A DNA stretch of 63,880 nt from a virus (Duplodnaviria > Caudoviricetes), in IMG/VR virus record IMGVR_UViG_3300044731_001192, positions 1-63,880 of that record, one strand, 5' to 3'. How positions within the stretch are numbered: the stretch's first letter is position 1; each line of letters begins with the position of its first letter. Below, piece after piece: positions 20,557-31,032 of this stretch. A program made the position numbers and the translations under genes. A model generated the notes under the pieces. It was given only the letters and a program-made list of their open reading frames with translations, was not told the DNA's origin and did no database searches.

Positions 20557-22068
20557 TTAAGAACCTGTCGTGTTACTTTTCGGTTTAATGTTCCCACTGT
20601 TATTGTCAGTCAAGTTTGTTCGTTTATTTCTTGCCGATTTAACTTCTTTTTGATTAGTTGCTGTACCTTGTTTTGGTATTAACAAATCTTCTAACCCAAG
20701 TTCTTTTAATTTAAGTCTATCAGCAGCAATTTCTTCAAGACTACTTCCACGAGCAATTAATATTTTACTTAAAGTTTCTAAACCAGTTTGAAATTCTAAA
20801 GCATCTGTTTGAGCGTCTTTTAGTGGGTCTACACCATAACGAATAGGGTACTGATAAGAAGCAATTGCGTCACTAACATCAAAGTCAATACTAGCTAACA
20901 TTTTAAAGTGTTTTGCTATCGGGGATAAACCATCTGGAATATTAACTGTTTGGTAGATAAATTCTACTCTTTCTCGTAAGTTTATTAATATGCCTCTTAA
21001 ACTACTAAAGTCCATTCCACTTGTATCACCACTTAGTTGGTAATAAGGTAAATTAAGTGCTGAACTAATTTTTTGATATTCTTCTCTTAATAAAGCTACC
21101 AAATTTGAACCAATATCTCTGGATTGTACTAAATTAAACTTACCTTTAGTGTATTGAACACCACCACCAGTAGCAGCAAAATGCAATTGTTTCTCAACAT
21201 CATTTGTATAACGTCTTCCTCGCATTTGAACAACACCAGTTGGGTCACTTGTAAGGTCATTTTGTTCTTCGACAATCCAAGTAATTGCACTAGCACTATT
21301 TTGAGCAGCTACAGTTGCAGAACATAAGTCTTCTATTTCATACAAAGAGAGTAAACAACAGGCTAAAGTAGGAATTCCTCTCCATTGATTACTTCTACGT
21401 CTTTCAAATATGTGAATAACTTCATTAGCACTAACAGGTATTCTTACTTGTGGATTAGTTGGACTGCCTACTCCATAGTACCTATCTTTGAAAAAGTGAT
21501 AAATCTCAGGTCTAGTTGAAGTTAATTTATCAAAAGTAATGCCATAACGTGTTCGTCCATAGGGAGAATTTTCATCATAGTTCCAACCAGTGTAACTTAT
21601 ATCTAAATATTCACTTTCAATTGGTTGTATTTTTAATTTAACCCTATTTGTGTTATTTTTCTTAACTATAAGTAGACGAGCAAGTGCTTCTCCACTCTGA
21701 AACCTATCACAATTCCAAGTAGCTTGTAAAGAATTAAAGTCGCCTTTATTATCTAAGCATGGATTTTGAGTAAATTCATCCCAAAGTTCTTGCATTAATT
21801 TATGTGTATGCCCGTCTTTAGTTTTCCAATTAACTTTTAAAGCACCGAGAGAAGTCACAAACTTGTCCATTGCAGAACTAGCTATTGGATTGTTCCTAAT
21901 AGTGTGGCGTATTCTACTTTGCATAAATAGGTATTCACCTACTGCAAGCATATCAGCATCACCTACAATAGCTTCTCTATGTGCATCTTTATAAGCAGTA
22001 CTAGCCGCTGAGTACGCATTTTGTCTTAGTAAAAAACTATATGGATTTTCTTCAACTGTTGTTGTCAT
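20557..22068 (-). CDS. portal protein, lambda family
   Basis: RNNPIA, R..GEAL, IHIFERRR.NQWRGIP, LSGD.S..DFSSLR, VDPLKD. Confidence 0.92.
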   Translation of the reverse strand: MTTTVEENPYSFLLRQNAYSAASTAYKDAHREAIVGDADMLAVGEYLFMQSRIRHTIRNNPIASSAMDKFVTSLGALKVNWKTKDGHTHKLMQELWDEFTQNPCLDNKGDFNSLQATWNCDRFQSGEALARLLIVKKNNTNRVKLKIQPIESEYLDISYTGWNYDENSPYGRTRYGITFDKLTSTRPEIYHFFKDRYYGVGSPTNPQVRIPVSANEVIHIFERRRSNQWRGIPTLACCLLSLYEIEDLCSATVAAQNSASAITWIVEEQNDLTSDPTGVVQMRGRRYTNDVEKQLHFAATGGGVQYTKGKFNLVQSRDIGSNLVALLREEYQKISSALNLPYYQLSGDTSGMDFSSLRGILINLRERVEFIYQTVNIPDGLSPIAKHFKMLASIDFDVSDAIASYQYPIRYGVDPLKDAQTDALEFQTGLETLSKILIARGSSLEEIAADRLKLKELGLEDLLIPKQGTATNQKEVKSARNKRTNLTDNNSGNIKPKSNTTGS

Positions 22069-22082
22069 GTTTTTACTCAATA

Positions 22083-22355
22083 TTAAAGGTGTCTTTTTAC
22101 TATTAACGGTATGTAAGAGTCTTTTCTAAATACTCTAGTAGAAACTTCTTGAATACTAGCAATATAATCTTGCAATCTTCTTCGTTCTGATAGTAATGTT
22201 TTAAGTAAATCTTGTGGGTCAGTAAATTTATACGCTCTATGAAATTCGTTAGTACCTACTGTGACTAGGTTAAGTCTTTTTCCAGAATATATTGAACTAA
22301 TTGCTGAATTAATAGTAAGTAATTCTGCTTCTGCTTGTTCTAATGTCAGTGCCAC
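22083..22355 (-). CDS. head-tail adaptor (gpW-like)
   Basis: ~90 aa immediately before portal. Confidence 0.65.
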   Translation of the reverse strand: MALTLEQAEAELLTINSAISSIYSGKRLNLVTVGTNEFHRAYKFTDPQDLLKTLLSERRRLQDYIASIQEVSTRVFRKDSYIPLIVKRHL

Positions 22356-22789
22356 TACAATTCCCCTATATAGTTAAAGATGTTTCTTTCGACCGCTCTC
22401 CTTCTAGCGACCTTAACACTAACTACTCTACCATTTTTATTAAAAATAAGAAAACCATAGCTTGCTGATTTAAAATCGCCTGCCTGTAGGTTAGCTAATA
22501 AGTTACTGTTTTTAAAGGCTTGTAAACCTATGTCAAATATTAGTAATATTAAGGCAGTTATTTGATTAGGATTTAATCGTACTTTTACTACTTTAAATAA
22601 ATTAGTTTGTATTGTTGTTAATGTTTGCTCTAATATGGTATCAGCAACCTGTTCCGTCATTGTCAAACCATTAAATACATTTAAAGTGTGGTTGTAGCCT
22701 ATGACCCAAACATCATTTATTTTTGTAGCAGTTAATAGTAACTCGTATTGGTCTTTAACTATCTCAATAGCTTTTGTTATCGCTGACAT
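22355..22789 (-). CDS. GH24 lysozyme-like protein, catalytically degenerate
   Basis: W.IGYNHT, LNPNQ.TAL...FDIG..AFKNS.LL..L..GD, RRRAVER; E-D-T triad not intact. Confidence 0.75.
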   Translation of the reverse strand: MSAITKAIEIVKDQYELLLTATKINDVWVIGYNHTLNVFNGLTMTEQVADTILEQTLTTIQTNLFKVVKVRLNPNQITALILLIFDIGLQAFKNSNLLANLQAGDFKSASYGFLIFNKNGRVVSVKVARRRAVERNIFNYIGEL

Positions 22790-22940
22790 TTGTATTTTTC
22801 CGTAATTTCTGAAGGCACTTAGAACAAATAAACTCATTCTCTATTATACTACCAACATGATTACAGGTACTACTATTTTTTAGTAAAGAATACAAATTTA
22901 TTGGTGTTAATTTTAACATACTCCAAGTTAAGTTACTCAT
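22764..22940 (-). CDS. small Zn-finger-like protein
   Basis: CNH..CSKC; lies between terL and the lysozyme-like gene. Confidence 0.45.
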   Translation of the reverse strand: MSNLTWSMLKLTPINLYSLLKNSSTCNHVGSIIENEFICSKCLQKLRKNTNVSDNKSY

Positions 22941-24915
22941 TTTCATCTTCCAGTAACCAAGTTTCTAGTTCTTTCCATCTGGTGTCAGTATATTCACGTA
23001 TTCTTAAATAATAAGCAGAGTGAAATGCGTTTTTACAACCATCCATTGCTTCTTTTCTCTTACCACTAATTAATAAGTATCTTTCTTTAGTAGTATTGCT
23101 TGTTACATCTATTATTTTTCTACACGAAGTCATCTGTTCTTCAAAATCCCCATAACTTTGTTCATTAAAGTAGAAGACATCGCTATGCACATCTTTAGAA
23201 GTATTTAGCATAATTCTTCTAAGTACTTCATCATGACATCTATGTGCTCCAATGAAATATACTTTAACTCCTAATGTTTCTGCCATTGTTCTTCTATCTT
23301 GATGTACAGAAGTTATTTCAAATTCTCTAGGTTCTGCGTATATATCATCTGAAGAATATTTAAGTTCTCTAGTACCTTTAGTTGCTAGTACTGTTTTATT
23401 ATAATCAAGTTCCATCATACGTACCCAACGGTACACTAATTCAACAGTACCGCCATCTCCAGAATCTATACTTGTAGAATCTATTGGTACTCTTTTACCT
23501 GTAACATGTGGATAACCATTTAATACAATGTCAGTTAATCTATTCCAAACTGAATCTTCCCAATTAAATACATTACCAAATATTTCTTTCCATTCTACTA
23601 ACCAACAACAGTTATTTCTACCCCAAGCTAATACAACATAAGCAAATCTATTATGTTGTACGTCAATTCCCATTGTTAATACTAATCCTTCCATTGGAAC
23701 AATGCCTTCAGGATAGTTAGTTCTAAGTTGTTTCATGTCAGCAGCTTCAATAGCACTAAATCCACTAGCATAAGTATCACCTTTTCTATTGTTTACGTAA
23801 CTTTTCATAGGTGCTTCGTTACCTTTAGCTAATTCTATTTTAGCAAGTATTTCTGCCTTAGCTATTTCAGTATAATTACTACCATCTTTGAACGGACTCA
23901 TTAATTCGCTAAAATCAAAACCAAAAGTGTCAGTAATATTTGCATTTCTTGGATGCCAACCTTTACTAAACTTACCTGTGTGAGTTGTAAAACCGTATTT
24001 TTTACCACTAATTATATTTAAGGTTTTTTGCTCAAAACTCCATTCAACTGAACAAAAAGGGCAAGAAAAATAAGCACTTTCAGGGTTGTGAATACCATAA
24101 ATGTCATCTATTTTTCTATCTTGGTATTCGTCATAATGTAAATTGACAAAAGCATCACTATTCATACTAACTAATTCGTTGCAATTATGACAACAAGCTT
24201 TAAAAACCATCCAATTACTACTTTTCATAGCTTTTTCTACTCTACTAAAGTCTTTATGAGTAGGAGTACCTCCGAATATGAATTTTCTAATAGTTAATGG
24301 TACTGTTTTTTGCCTTTCTTTTAAGTTAATAAAACTGTCACCTTGTCCATGAATGTCATCTCTAGCATCATCAGGTTCTTCAATCTCAACATAAGGAATA
24401 TTGTCACTTTTTTGGTTACTAATAGAACCTAATGTGACTAAACGTAATGAACCATTAGGAAAAGTATACTGAAACATACTTTCTTTATTCTTAGCTACAC
24501 CTAAGTTAATAACATTTCTGAGTATTCCAACATTGTTAATAAATTCTTTCCATTTTCCTGAAGCAAAAGTACGTGCGGCAGCTTGAGTAGGAAAAGCAAG
24601 TAACATGTTTTTACCATTTACATGTATTGTTTTTCCTCTGTAGTTATTTATAACTTCCGTCCAACCAATCCTCGCACTTTTCTTAGCTACAATTGTTGGT
24701 ATAAAAGGGTCGTCTAAACAATCATAAACAAATTCCATGTATGGTGTAATGTCTGGGTCAAAGCTACCAATACCAACACTACTTTCAATACTTGTTATAA
24801 TTCGGTACTTTTTTGCCCACTCTATTGTACTAATCCTAATCGCAGGCTTAAATACTCCTAATAATTCACCAAAAAACTTTCTTTCGGCTATATTCTCTAA
24901 AGTTCTATTTAACAT
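22933..24915 (-). CDS. terL: terminase large subunit (GpA family)
   Basis: Walker A KSARIGWTE, GTPT coupling motif, CxxC pairs, nuclease MGIDVQ / IDSG. Confidence 0.95.
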   Translation of the reverse strand: MLNRTLENIAERKFFGELLGVFKPAIRISTIEWAKKYRIITSIESSVGIGSFDPDITPYMEFVYDCLDDPFIPTIVAKKSARIGWTEVINNYRGKTIHVNGKNMLLAFPTQAAARTFASGKWKEFINNVGILRNVINLGVAKNKESMFQYTFPNGSLRLVTLGSISNQKSDNIPYVEIEEPDDARDDIHGQGDSFINLKERQKTVPLTIRKFIFGGTPTHKDFSRVEKAMKSSNWMVFKACCHNCNELVSMNSDAFVNLHYDEYQDRKIDDIYGIHNPESAYFSCPFCSVEWSFEQKTLNIISGKKYGFTTHTGKFSKGWHPRNANITDTFGFDFSELMSPFKDGSNYTEIAKAEILAKIELAKGNEAPMKSYVNNRKGDTYASGFSAIEAADMKQLRTNYPEGIVPMEGLVLTMGIDVQHNRFAYVVLAWGRNNCCWLVEWKEIFGNVFNWEDSVWNRLTDIVLNGYPHVTGKRVPIDSTSIDSGDGGTVELVYRWVRMMELDYNKTVLATKGTRELKYSSDDIYAEPREFEITSVHQDRRTMAETLGVKVYFIGAHRCHDEVLRRIMLNTSKDVHSDVFYFNEQSYGDFEEQMTSCRKIIDVTSNTTKERYLLISGKRKEAMDGCKNAFHSAYYLRIREYTDTRWKELETWLLEDENE

Positions 24916-25540
24916 TATCGTAATTCTCTAATATTTCGGTCAAATCTACTCGCTTATTGAGCATTTCTTTAACAAAGTTTTCACTATCTTGTTCACAATT
25001 CTCTAGTATACGTTCAGCAGCAGTATATAAACTACTAAAACATTTATCTACTATTGGTTGTAATGCGGGGTCGCTTTCACCAGCACTTCTTAGTATGTTT
25101 GCAATGTTATTAAATACAGGCTCACATAATAGTAAAAGTTCAGTCTTATCCAGTACAGCACTACGTTCTTTTAAGTTAATAATATGTATCTGTTCTTCTC
25201 TAGCTCTATCTAGTTTAATTTTCTGTATGATTGCTGCTTCTTGTATTTTAGGAAGTCCACTTTCAGTATCACTTAATCTGCTTTTTTTACTTGATTTTGT
25301 TTCATCTTGTTTAAGTTGTACTTTTGCTAATGCTACTTCGTGCTGTTCTCTGTAATGTTTAAATGCTTTTACTAAGAACTCTCCAACAGTCCCTCTAATT
25401 GGAATTATTCCCTTTAATTTTAAATTATTCCATGTATTGGCATTAATATCTAGTACTTCTTGTAATCTGGATTCTATACAAGGTTGTTGTAAACTTTGTA
25501 TAAACAAATCATCTTCTTTTTTTATCATTTTACTTACCAA
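24905..25540 (-). CDS. terminase small subunit (Nu1-like)
   Basis: N-terminal HTH plus coiled coil, directly upstream of terL. Confidence 0.75.
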   Translation of the reverse strand: MVSKMIKKEDDLFIQSLQQPCIESRLQEVLDINANTWNNLKLKGIIPIRGTVGEFLVKAFKHYREQHEVALAKVQLKQDETKSSKKSRLSDTESGLPKIQEAAIIQKIKLDRAREEQIHIINLKERSAVLDKTELLLLCEPVFNNIANILRSAGESDPALQPIVDKCFSSLYTAAERILENCEQDSENFVKEMLNKRVDLTEILENYDNVK

Positions 25541-25574
25541 TTAGTTAAAATTTAATTAAAAATTTAGTTATAAA

Positions 25575-25602
25575 TTGAGTTATACTTATAACATGCTATA
25601 CT
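25575..25602 (+). promoter_or_regulatory. sigma70-like promoter of the tail-tip operon
   Basis: TTGAGT-N16-TATACT with TG extension. Confidence 0.5.
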
Positions 25603-25636
25603 TTTGTATCTTAATCGTACAGCAAACAGGTGACTT

Positions 25637-25924
25637 ATGCCAGAGTTATTAGAACGTATAGTAAAATTAGAAACGCAACAACTTATGTTTACAAAGAGTA
25701 TTGATGATTTGAAGAGCTACTTAGTACAAGAGATTAGCGAAACAAATGAACATACTGATGCTTTATTCAAAGAACTTCAAGTAACATTGCATGACATAAA
25801 GACTTCTATTGATAAAGTAGAAGAACAAACAGCTAAGTGGAAGAATATATTTTGGGGTGTGGTAATAACTGTAAGTTTCTTTATTGGACTTTACCAAGAA
25901 GTTAGTAAATATTTTATTAAATAA
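25637..25924 (+). CDS. coiled-coil protein with C-terminal TM helix (holin/XhlA-like)
   Basis: ERIVKLE heptads, WGVVITVSFFIGLY. Confidence 0.6.
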   Translation: MPELLERIVKLETQQLMFTKSIDDLKSYLVQEISETNEHTDALFKELQVTLHDIKTSIDKVEEQTAKWKNIFWGVVITVSFFIGLYQEVSKYFIK

Positions 25925-25928
25925 TTGT

Positions 25929-26459
25929 ATGACAAATTTAACTACGCCAAAAGAGTTACTAGAAGACCTTGAGTTACCAAATGCTATAAGGCTTTTTGAC
26001 GTAAAGTTTAATGATGTTTTTTATCATTTTACTGATACTATTCGTCCTACCGACATCTTTTGGAACTCTAATAAGTATTTACCATTTCCATGCGCTATTA
26101 CCAATACTGGGTATACTGTTGATAACTTGAGTGAAACACCTAAGTTAGTATTAGCTAATATTGGTAATGCGTATTCTAATATTTTTGCCTCTATACCTAA
26201 CCTAAAAGGGGCTGAAATAACCTATATACTTACGTTTGAAACCTACATTAACAATACTTCATTAAATAATAACAATCTTTTCATTGAGAAAAAACATTAC
26301 AAATTTTCTCGTCTACTTAGTAAAAACAATAAGCAAATTGTCTATGAACTTGATACTTTACTTAATTGGCGAAATAAGAAACTTCCTAGTAGACAAATAC
26401 TTAGAGAAGGTAAATTAAATATGCGTTTTGAAGGTGCAGGATTAAGGAAACAAAAATGA
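25929..26459 (+). CDS. minor tail protein gpL-like
   Basis: W.SNKYLPFP, PKL.LAN, L.GA.I, TFETY, LPSRQI. Confidence 0.8.
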   Translation: MTNLTTPKELLEDLELPNAIRLFDVKFNDVFYHFTDTIRPTDIFWNSNKYLPFPCAITNTGYTVDNLSETPKLVLANIGNAYSNIFASIPNLKGAEITYILTFETYINNTSLNNNNLFIEKKHYKFSRLLSKNNKQIVYELDTLLNWRNKKLPSRQILREGKLNMRFEGAGLRKQK

Positions 26460-27166
26460 TATTAACAATTGAGGCTTTAAATAGCATTGAGTACGTTACT
26501 AGGTTAATGTACCCTAATGAAATGTGCGGTATTATTACTAATAATGGTGAATTTAAACAAATTACTAATGTTAGTGAAAATCCTACGAAGTCATTTGAAC
26601 TTCACCCTATGGAATTTTACAAAGAAAAAGATAATTTCGTTGCTATTGTACATTCACATACAAGTACTAGGTATTTACACATTTGTACTCCGTCTAAATT
26701 AGATTGGACTACTCAACAAATATGGAATATTCCATTTTTTATAAGTGGATTTGATGGTTTCGTGTACACAAGTCCAATAAAATTTCCATTAGAAAGACAG
26801 GATGATTACATTGGAAGACCATATATATATGGAATATTCGATTGCGGTACACTTGCTAAGGATTTTTATTGGTTTAATTTTAGTATTAGTATTGAAATAG
26901 ACCCAATAATGTCACTAACTCCTAAGAATTTATGGGCTAATACTATTTCTACCTTACTAATGAGTAATAATTTCATCGAAGTTAGTGGGGCTAAACAAAA
27001 AGGCGATTTACTGCTAGTTAATGTGTTCGGTGATTTTAATAATCATGTGATTATTTATTTAGACGAAGATTGGGTACTTAATCAAAATATTACGTCAGCG
27101 TATGAGCCGTATTCTGATTGGGAAAATAAAATTAATAAAATATACAGGCATGAAAGTTTATGTTAG
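26456..27166 (+). CDS. tail assembly protein gpK-like (JAB + NlpC/P60)
   Basis: YPNEMCG, HSH..PS..D, IGRPY.YG..DC, NHV.IYL. Confidence 0.9.
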   Translation: MILTIEALNSIEYVTRLMYPNEMCGIITNNGEFKQITNVSENPTKSFELHPMEFYKEKDNFVAIVHSHTSTRYLHICTPSKLDWTTQQIWNIPFFISGFDGFVYTSPIKFPLERQDDYIGRPYIYGIFDCGTLAKDFYWFNFSISIEIDPIMSLTPKNLWANTISTLLMSNNFIEVSGAKQKGDLLLVNVFGDFNNHVIIYLDEDWVLNQNITSAYEPYSDWENKINKIYRHESLC

Positions 27167-27858
27167 TACTTATCTATACGAGTAAATTTTCTAAAACTTA
27201 CGATATTGAGATAAGCAATTTACTGCAATTGAAAGATTACCTTTGTGTTAATGATGCTGAAGTTTGGTCACTTATGAAAGACATGCAAATGGCTTATGTA
27301 GTTGGTGATTCTACAGAAAAGTTAAAAGAGCAAATACTTTATAAAAACATGTTGAAAACTTCTATAACTTCTTACGATACTTTAGTTATTTGTGAGAAAA
27401 TTGAAGGTGAGTTTATTGCAACTTTGACTGCTTTTCTAGCTATTCAATTAGTTTTAATGGGTATGGGCGGTTTTGCGGCTGTTATGACTGCTACTGTAGT
27501 AACTGGTTTATTAGTTATGGGAGCTGTCTATGGGTTAGGGCAATTATTAATGATGCTTGTCCCTACTCCAAACATGGGTAATAATGACCCTAGTAAAAAG
27601 AAAGACTTAATGTTCAATGGGATACCTAATATTGCCGAACAAGGAGGAAGTGTTCCTCTAATCTTCGGGGAGTGTTTATTTGGTGGTGTTTTAATAGGAA
27701 ACACTCTAACTACAGTAGGTTTTAAAGTTGGGAGTAGTTTTACTGCCGATGCCAATATTCCTTTAGTTGCTAGTGTTAGTGCTACTACTACTAAAGTTCC
27801 TAATAATGATGGTACTCCTAAAAACGTAGTTGAGAGTGAATGGTATAGGGTAGGTTAA
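27160..27858 (+). CDS. tail assembly protein gpI-like
   Basis: FNG..N...QGGSVPLIFGE. Confidence 0.85.
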   Translation: MLVLIYTSKFSKTYDIEISNLLQLKDYLCVNDAEVWSLMKDMQMAYVVGDSTEKLKEQILYKNMLKTSITSYDTLVICEKIEGEFIATLTAFLAIQLVLMGMGGFAAVMTATVVTGLLVMGAVYGLGQLLMMLVPTPNMGNNDPSKKKDLMFNGIPNIAEQGGSVPLIFGECLFGGVLIGNTLTTVGFKVGSSFTADANIPLVASVSATTTKVPNNDGTPKNVVESEWYRVG

Positions 27859-27860
27859 AA

Positions 27861-30800
27861 ATGGCTGATGATACGCTTAGAAGTAGACAAGATATGAGAA
27901 TTTTACTAGCTGTTTCTGAAGGAGAAATAGAAAGTATAGATGAAATTTACTTAAACGATGTAACTATTAATAGTTTTAACTGTGATTTTGCTAAAACTAC
28001 TGGAAAACTTAATCAAAAAGGTATTAATGGATTTGATGATTTAGCAGGGGGTAGTAAACCAAGTTCAGGCGGACTTGAAGTTAAAAAAGGAGGTAAACCA
28101 ACGGGAAGTACTGATACTACTGAGAATAATCTCACTAATTTTCCTGCTGCACCAGCAAGATTTTATAATTTAGCTTATGAAACCACGTTTGTACGAGTAT
28201 TAATACAAATGGATTCCTTATTTTTACATAAGAAAGATGGAAGTAGTAAAGAAACTGAGATGGATTTTACGATATGGGTTTGGTATAGCAGTACTAGTAT
28301 TGTTGAAACGGCTAATATTAACGAATATGGCGGAGCAACTTCTACAAATATTAAGAAGAAAGGTCTGAGTATGAGTAAATATTCTACTGCAATTGAAATA
28401 GATAGACCAATACTTCTTACTAATGCTAATGGTTTCTGGCATGTAATGGTTGTGCGTAATTCTCCAGACGCTTTAACTGATGCTGTTAATGTCGGTGAAA
28501 TTGAATACTACTCTTCAGTATCTAAAGTAGTTCTTACAGAATATGTAAACGCAGATAATACTACTTATGCGGGTACTGCATTATTAGCAGTTAGAATAGA
28601 AGATGCAAGTATGGTAGGTAATAATTTTCCTACTGTATCTGCCAAAGGTAAAGGACTTAAATTAAAAGTACCGATTTCTACTTATTACAATAGTATTGAT
28701 AGAAAGTATTTAAAGCCGATGTGGAATGGTAAGTTTGAACCTACTAAAAAGTACACTAATAACCTAAGTTGGGTAGTTTATAATTTAATAAGTGACGCTC
28801 TTACTGTTGAAATACCTAATGAAGTTGTTAATAATGTTGCTACTTATACTAGCGTTGTGCTTGGTTGCGGTATTCCTGAAGAATTTATTGCAAAATATTC
28901 TTTTGATAAGTTTGCTAAATATTGTGACGATATTTTACATGTAGATTATGGTCTTATTCAAGCAAGTAAGATAGAAAATTTCACTAAAACTGGCGGTACT
29001 GTTCAAATACTTAGTACCTATTTAGGTTCAATTGAAGTAGGCGATTTTATAGTAGTTACTGGAGTCAATGGTAATTACAATACTACAGATAGTGTTTATG
29101 GTACTACTGTTTCTGCGATAGTCGCTAAAGGTAATAAACATGGGATTAAATATACTCAAGGTACTGAAACTGCTGATGAAGTGACTGTAGTAACAAATGC
29201 AGTAGTAAGATATTACAAAAAGTCAAATATTCTTAGACGTTATAGTGTAAATGGACAATTCTTAGAGAGAAAAGAGGCTGAAACTTTTATAAATGACATA
29301 CTTTCTATTGGAAATTGCTTCTTAGCAGAGGTAGATGGGTTAGTTTCTATACAATACGATTGCCCACTTACTCCTACAGAAATAAATGACACTTTAATAT
29401 TTACTAATCAGAACGTATTAGATGGGCTATTTGAATATAGTGACTCTTCCCTTAATGAAACTTATACACAAGTTAATGTAACTATTCAGGATATTACCAA
29501 CAATAACTCCACTAAAACAATAGTAGTAAGTGCTAGTGATTTAATAGATTGGTGTAATGCACAAACACCAATGGTTAAACCATACTACTATTACAATAAT
29601 GTTACACCGCAACCCGCTTTACCTGTCAATTATTTTGTTAATCAATTCGAATTTAACGTATTTGATGCGATTATGGAAGGTACTACTGATAGTAGAGTTG
29701 CTTTTAGAAAAGGTAGAAGTATTTTATGGGATTCTTTAATGAATTCTCAAATAGTTAGTTTTAAAACCCTTATACAAGGCAGTAGTTTGTATAAAGGACA
29801 AGTAATACGAGTAGTTGACGATACAATTATCAATACTGAAGCTAAATTAACTGGAAGAGTTAAATCGCACAGCATTAGTGGAAGTAATTTGACTATTGTT
29901 TTCGATAGAATTATTACTTTAGATGCTGGAGTAGCTTATTCATTAACGTATATGGGAAGTAATAGTGTACCAACAATTACTGTTGCCAATAATTTTGAAC
30001 TTGTTAGTAATGTTACTGTTAATAGAGCGGCTGGAAGTTATGTAGCTACTTTTACTAAAGAAAATCATGGACTTCTTAACTCTGATTTTATAGCAATTAC
30101 ACCTGACAATGCCACAACTTACCCTGATTTTGCTATTGAATATGTCAAAGTAACTGTAATTGACCAAAATAACGTATCATTTCTTACTGCAAGTTCTAGT
30201 GCAAATCCTAAAACAGTAACATGTTCTATTGATAAGTTACTTGTTATTCAAAGTGTTTCTCCAGAAACTGTAATAATTTCTTCAAACACTTCAGTAAGAA
30301 ACATAAGTAGTTACACTTTTGAAAGTACAAATACACCAATAAGTGATAGTAATTTTGCTTTCATAAATAACGAACCTAAGTTATTTAAAGTACTTAGTAC
30401 TGTTAAAGAAGATGACTATTATGTTACAAGTTGTATTAGGTACGACCTTAATAAATTTATATATGTAGATTCTGAGGCTGGTATTGATAATGTTACTTCA
30501 CCTAATGCTCAGGAAAGTAGATATTCTGTTGATACTACTGTTCGTTTGCCTGATATTGATAAAGTACTTTTAAAAACTAAATGGAAAACTAATACTTTTA
30601 CTACTTATAATGCGGATAAAACTACAAGTCCTAGTCATACTGTAAATTTAACTGTAGTGTTATCTTGGAACTATACGCCAGTGTATACTAGATACGGTAC
30701 TCGTCTTAGTTATTATGACGATTACTTGTTGTTACCAAATGAAGAAGATAATTCTTTTAACTCTCAATATGCTGTATATTTTGAAGTACAATACTCTATT

Positions 30801-31022
30801 AACAATGGAGTAACTAATACTATAGTAGTAAGTGTTACTACGGCTACTATAGATTTAGTATTTACTGCGGCTGAGGATGAAATTAATACACCAACTGTTT
30901 TTACTTATAGTATAGTACCTAAAAGTGGTCTTCCAAATGTTGTTATAATTTATCCTGATAAACTTAGTCAGGAATATACTATAAATCCAGATAAACAGAC
31001 CATATCACTAATAGCTGGTTAA
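27861..31022 (+). CDS. tail tip / central fibre protein gpJ-like
   Basis: AVSEGEI, KGLKLKVP, WNG.F..YTNN, AKYCDD, FTNQNV.DG.F.YS. Confidence 0.9.
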   Translation: MADDTLRSRQDMRILLAVSEGEIESIDEIYLNDVTINSFNCDFAKTTGKLNQKGINGFDDLAGGSKPSSGGLEVKKGGKPTGSTDTTENNLTNFPAAPARFYNLAYETTFVRVLIQMDSLFLHKKDGSSKETEMDFTIWVWYSSTSIVETANINEYGGATSTNIKKKGLSMSKYSTAIEIDRPILLTNANGFWHVMVVRNSPDALTDAVNVGEIEYYSSVSKVVLTEYVNADNTTYAGTALLAVRIEDASMVGNNFPTVSAKGKGLKLKVPISTYYNSIDRKYLKPMWNGKFEPTKKYTNNLSWVVYNLISDALTVEIPNEVVNNVATYTSVVLGCGIPEEFIAKYSFDKFAKYCDDILHVDYGLIQASKIENFTKTGGTVQILSTYLGSIEVGDFIVVTGVNGNYNTTDSVYGTTVSAIVAKGNKHGIKYTQGTETADEVTVVTNAVVRYYKKSNILRRYSVNGQFLERKEAETFINDILSIGNCFLAEVDGLVSIQYDCPLTPTEINDTLIFTNQNVLDGLFEYSDSSLNETYTQVNVTIQDITNNNSTKTIVVSASDLIDWCNAQTPMVKPYYYYNNVTPQPALPVNYFVNQFEFNVFDAIMEGTTDSRVAFRKGRSILWDSLMNSQIVSFKTLIQGSSLYKGQVIRVVDDTIINTEAKLTGRVKSHSISGSNLTIVFDRIITLDAGVAYSLTYMGSNSVPTITVANNFELVSNVTVNRAAGSYVATFTKENHGLLNSDFIAITPDNATTYPDFAIEYVKVTVIDQNNVSFLTASSSANPKTVTCSIDKLLVIQSVSPETVIISSNTSVRNISSYTFESTNTPISDSNFAFINNEPKLFKVLSTVKEDDYYVTSCIRYDLNKFIYVDSEAGIDNVTSPNAQESRYSVDTTVRLPDIDKVLLKTKWKTNTFTTYNADKTTSPSHTVNLTVVLSWNYTPVYTRYGTRLSYYDDYLLLPNEEDNSFNSQYAVYFEVQYSINNGVTNTIVVSVTTATIDLVFTAAEDEINTPTVFTYSIVPKSGLPNVVIIYPDKLSQEYTINPDKQTISLIAG

Positions 31023-31032
31023 GGAAATTATA

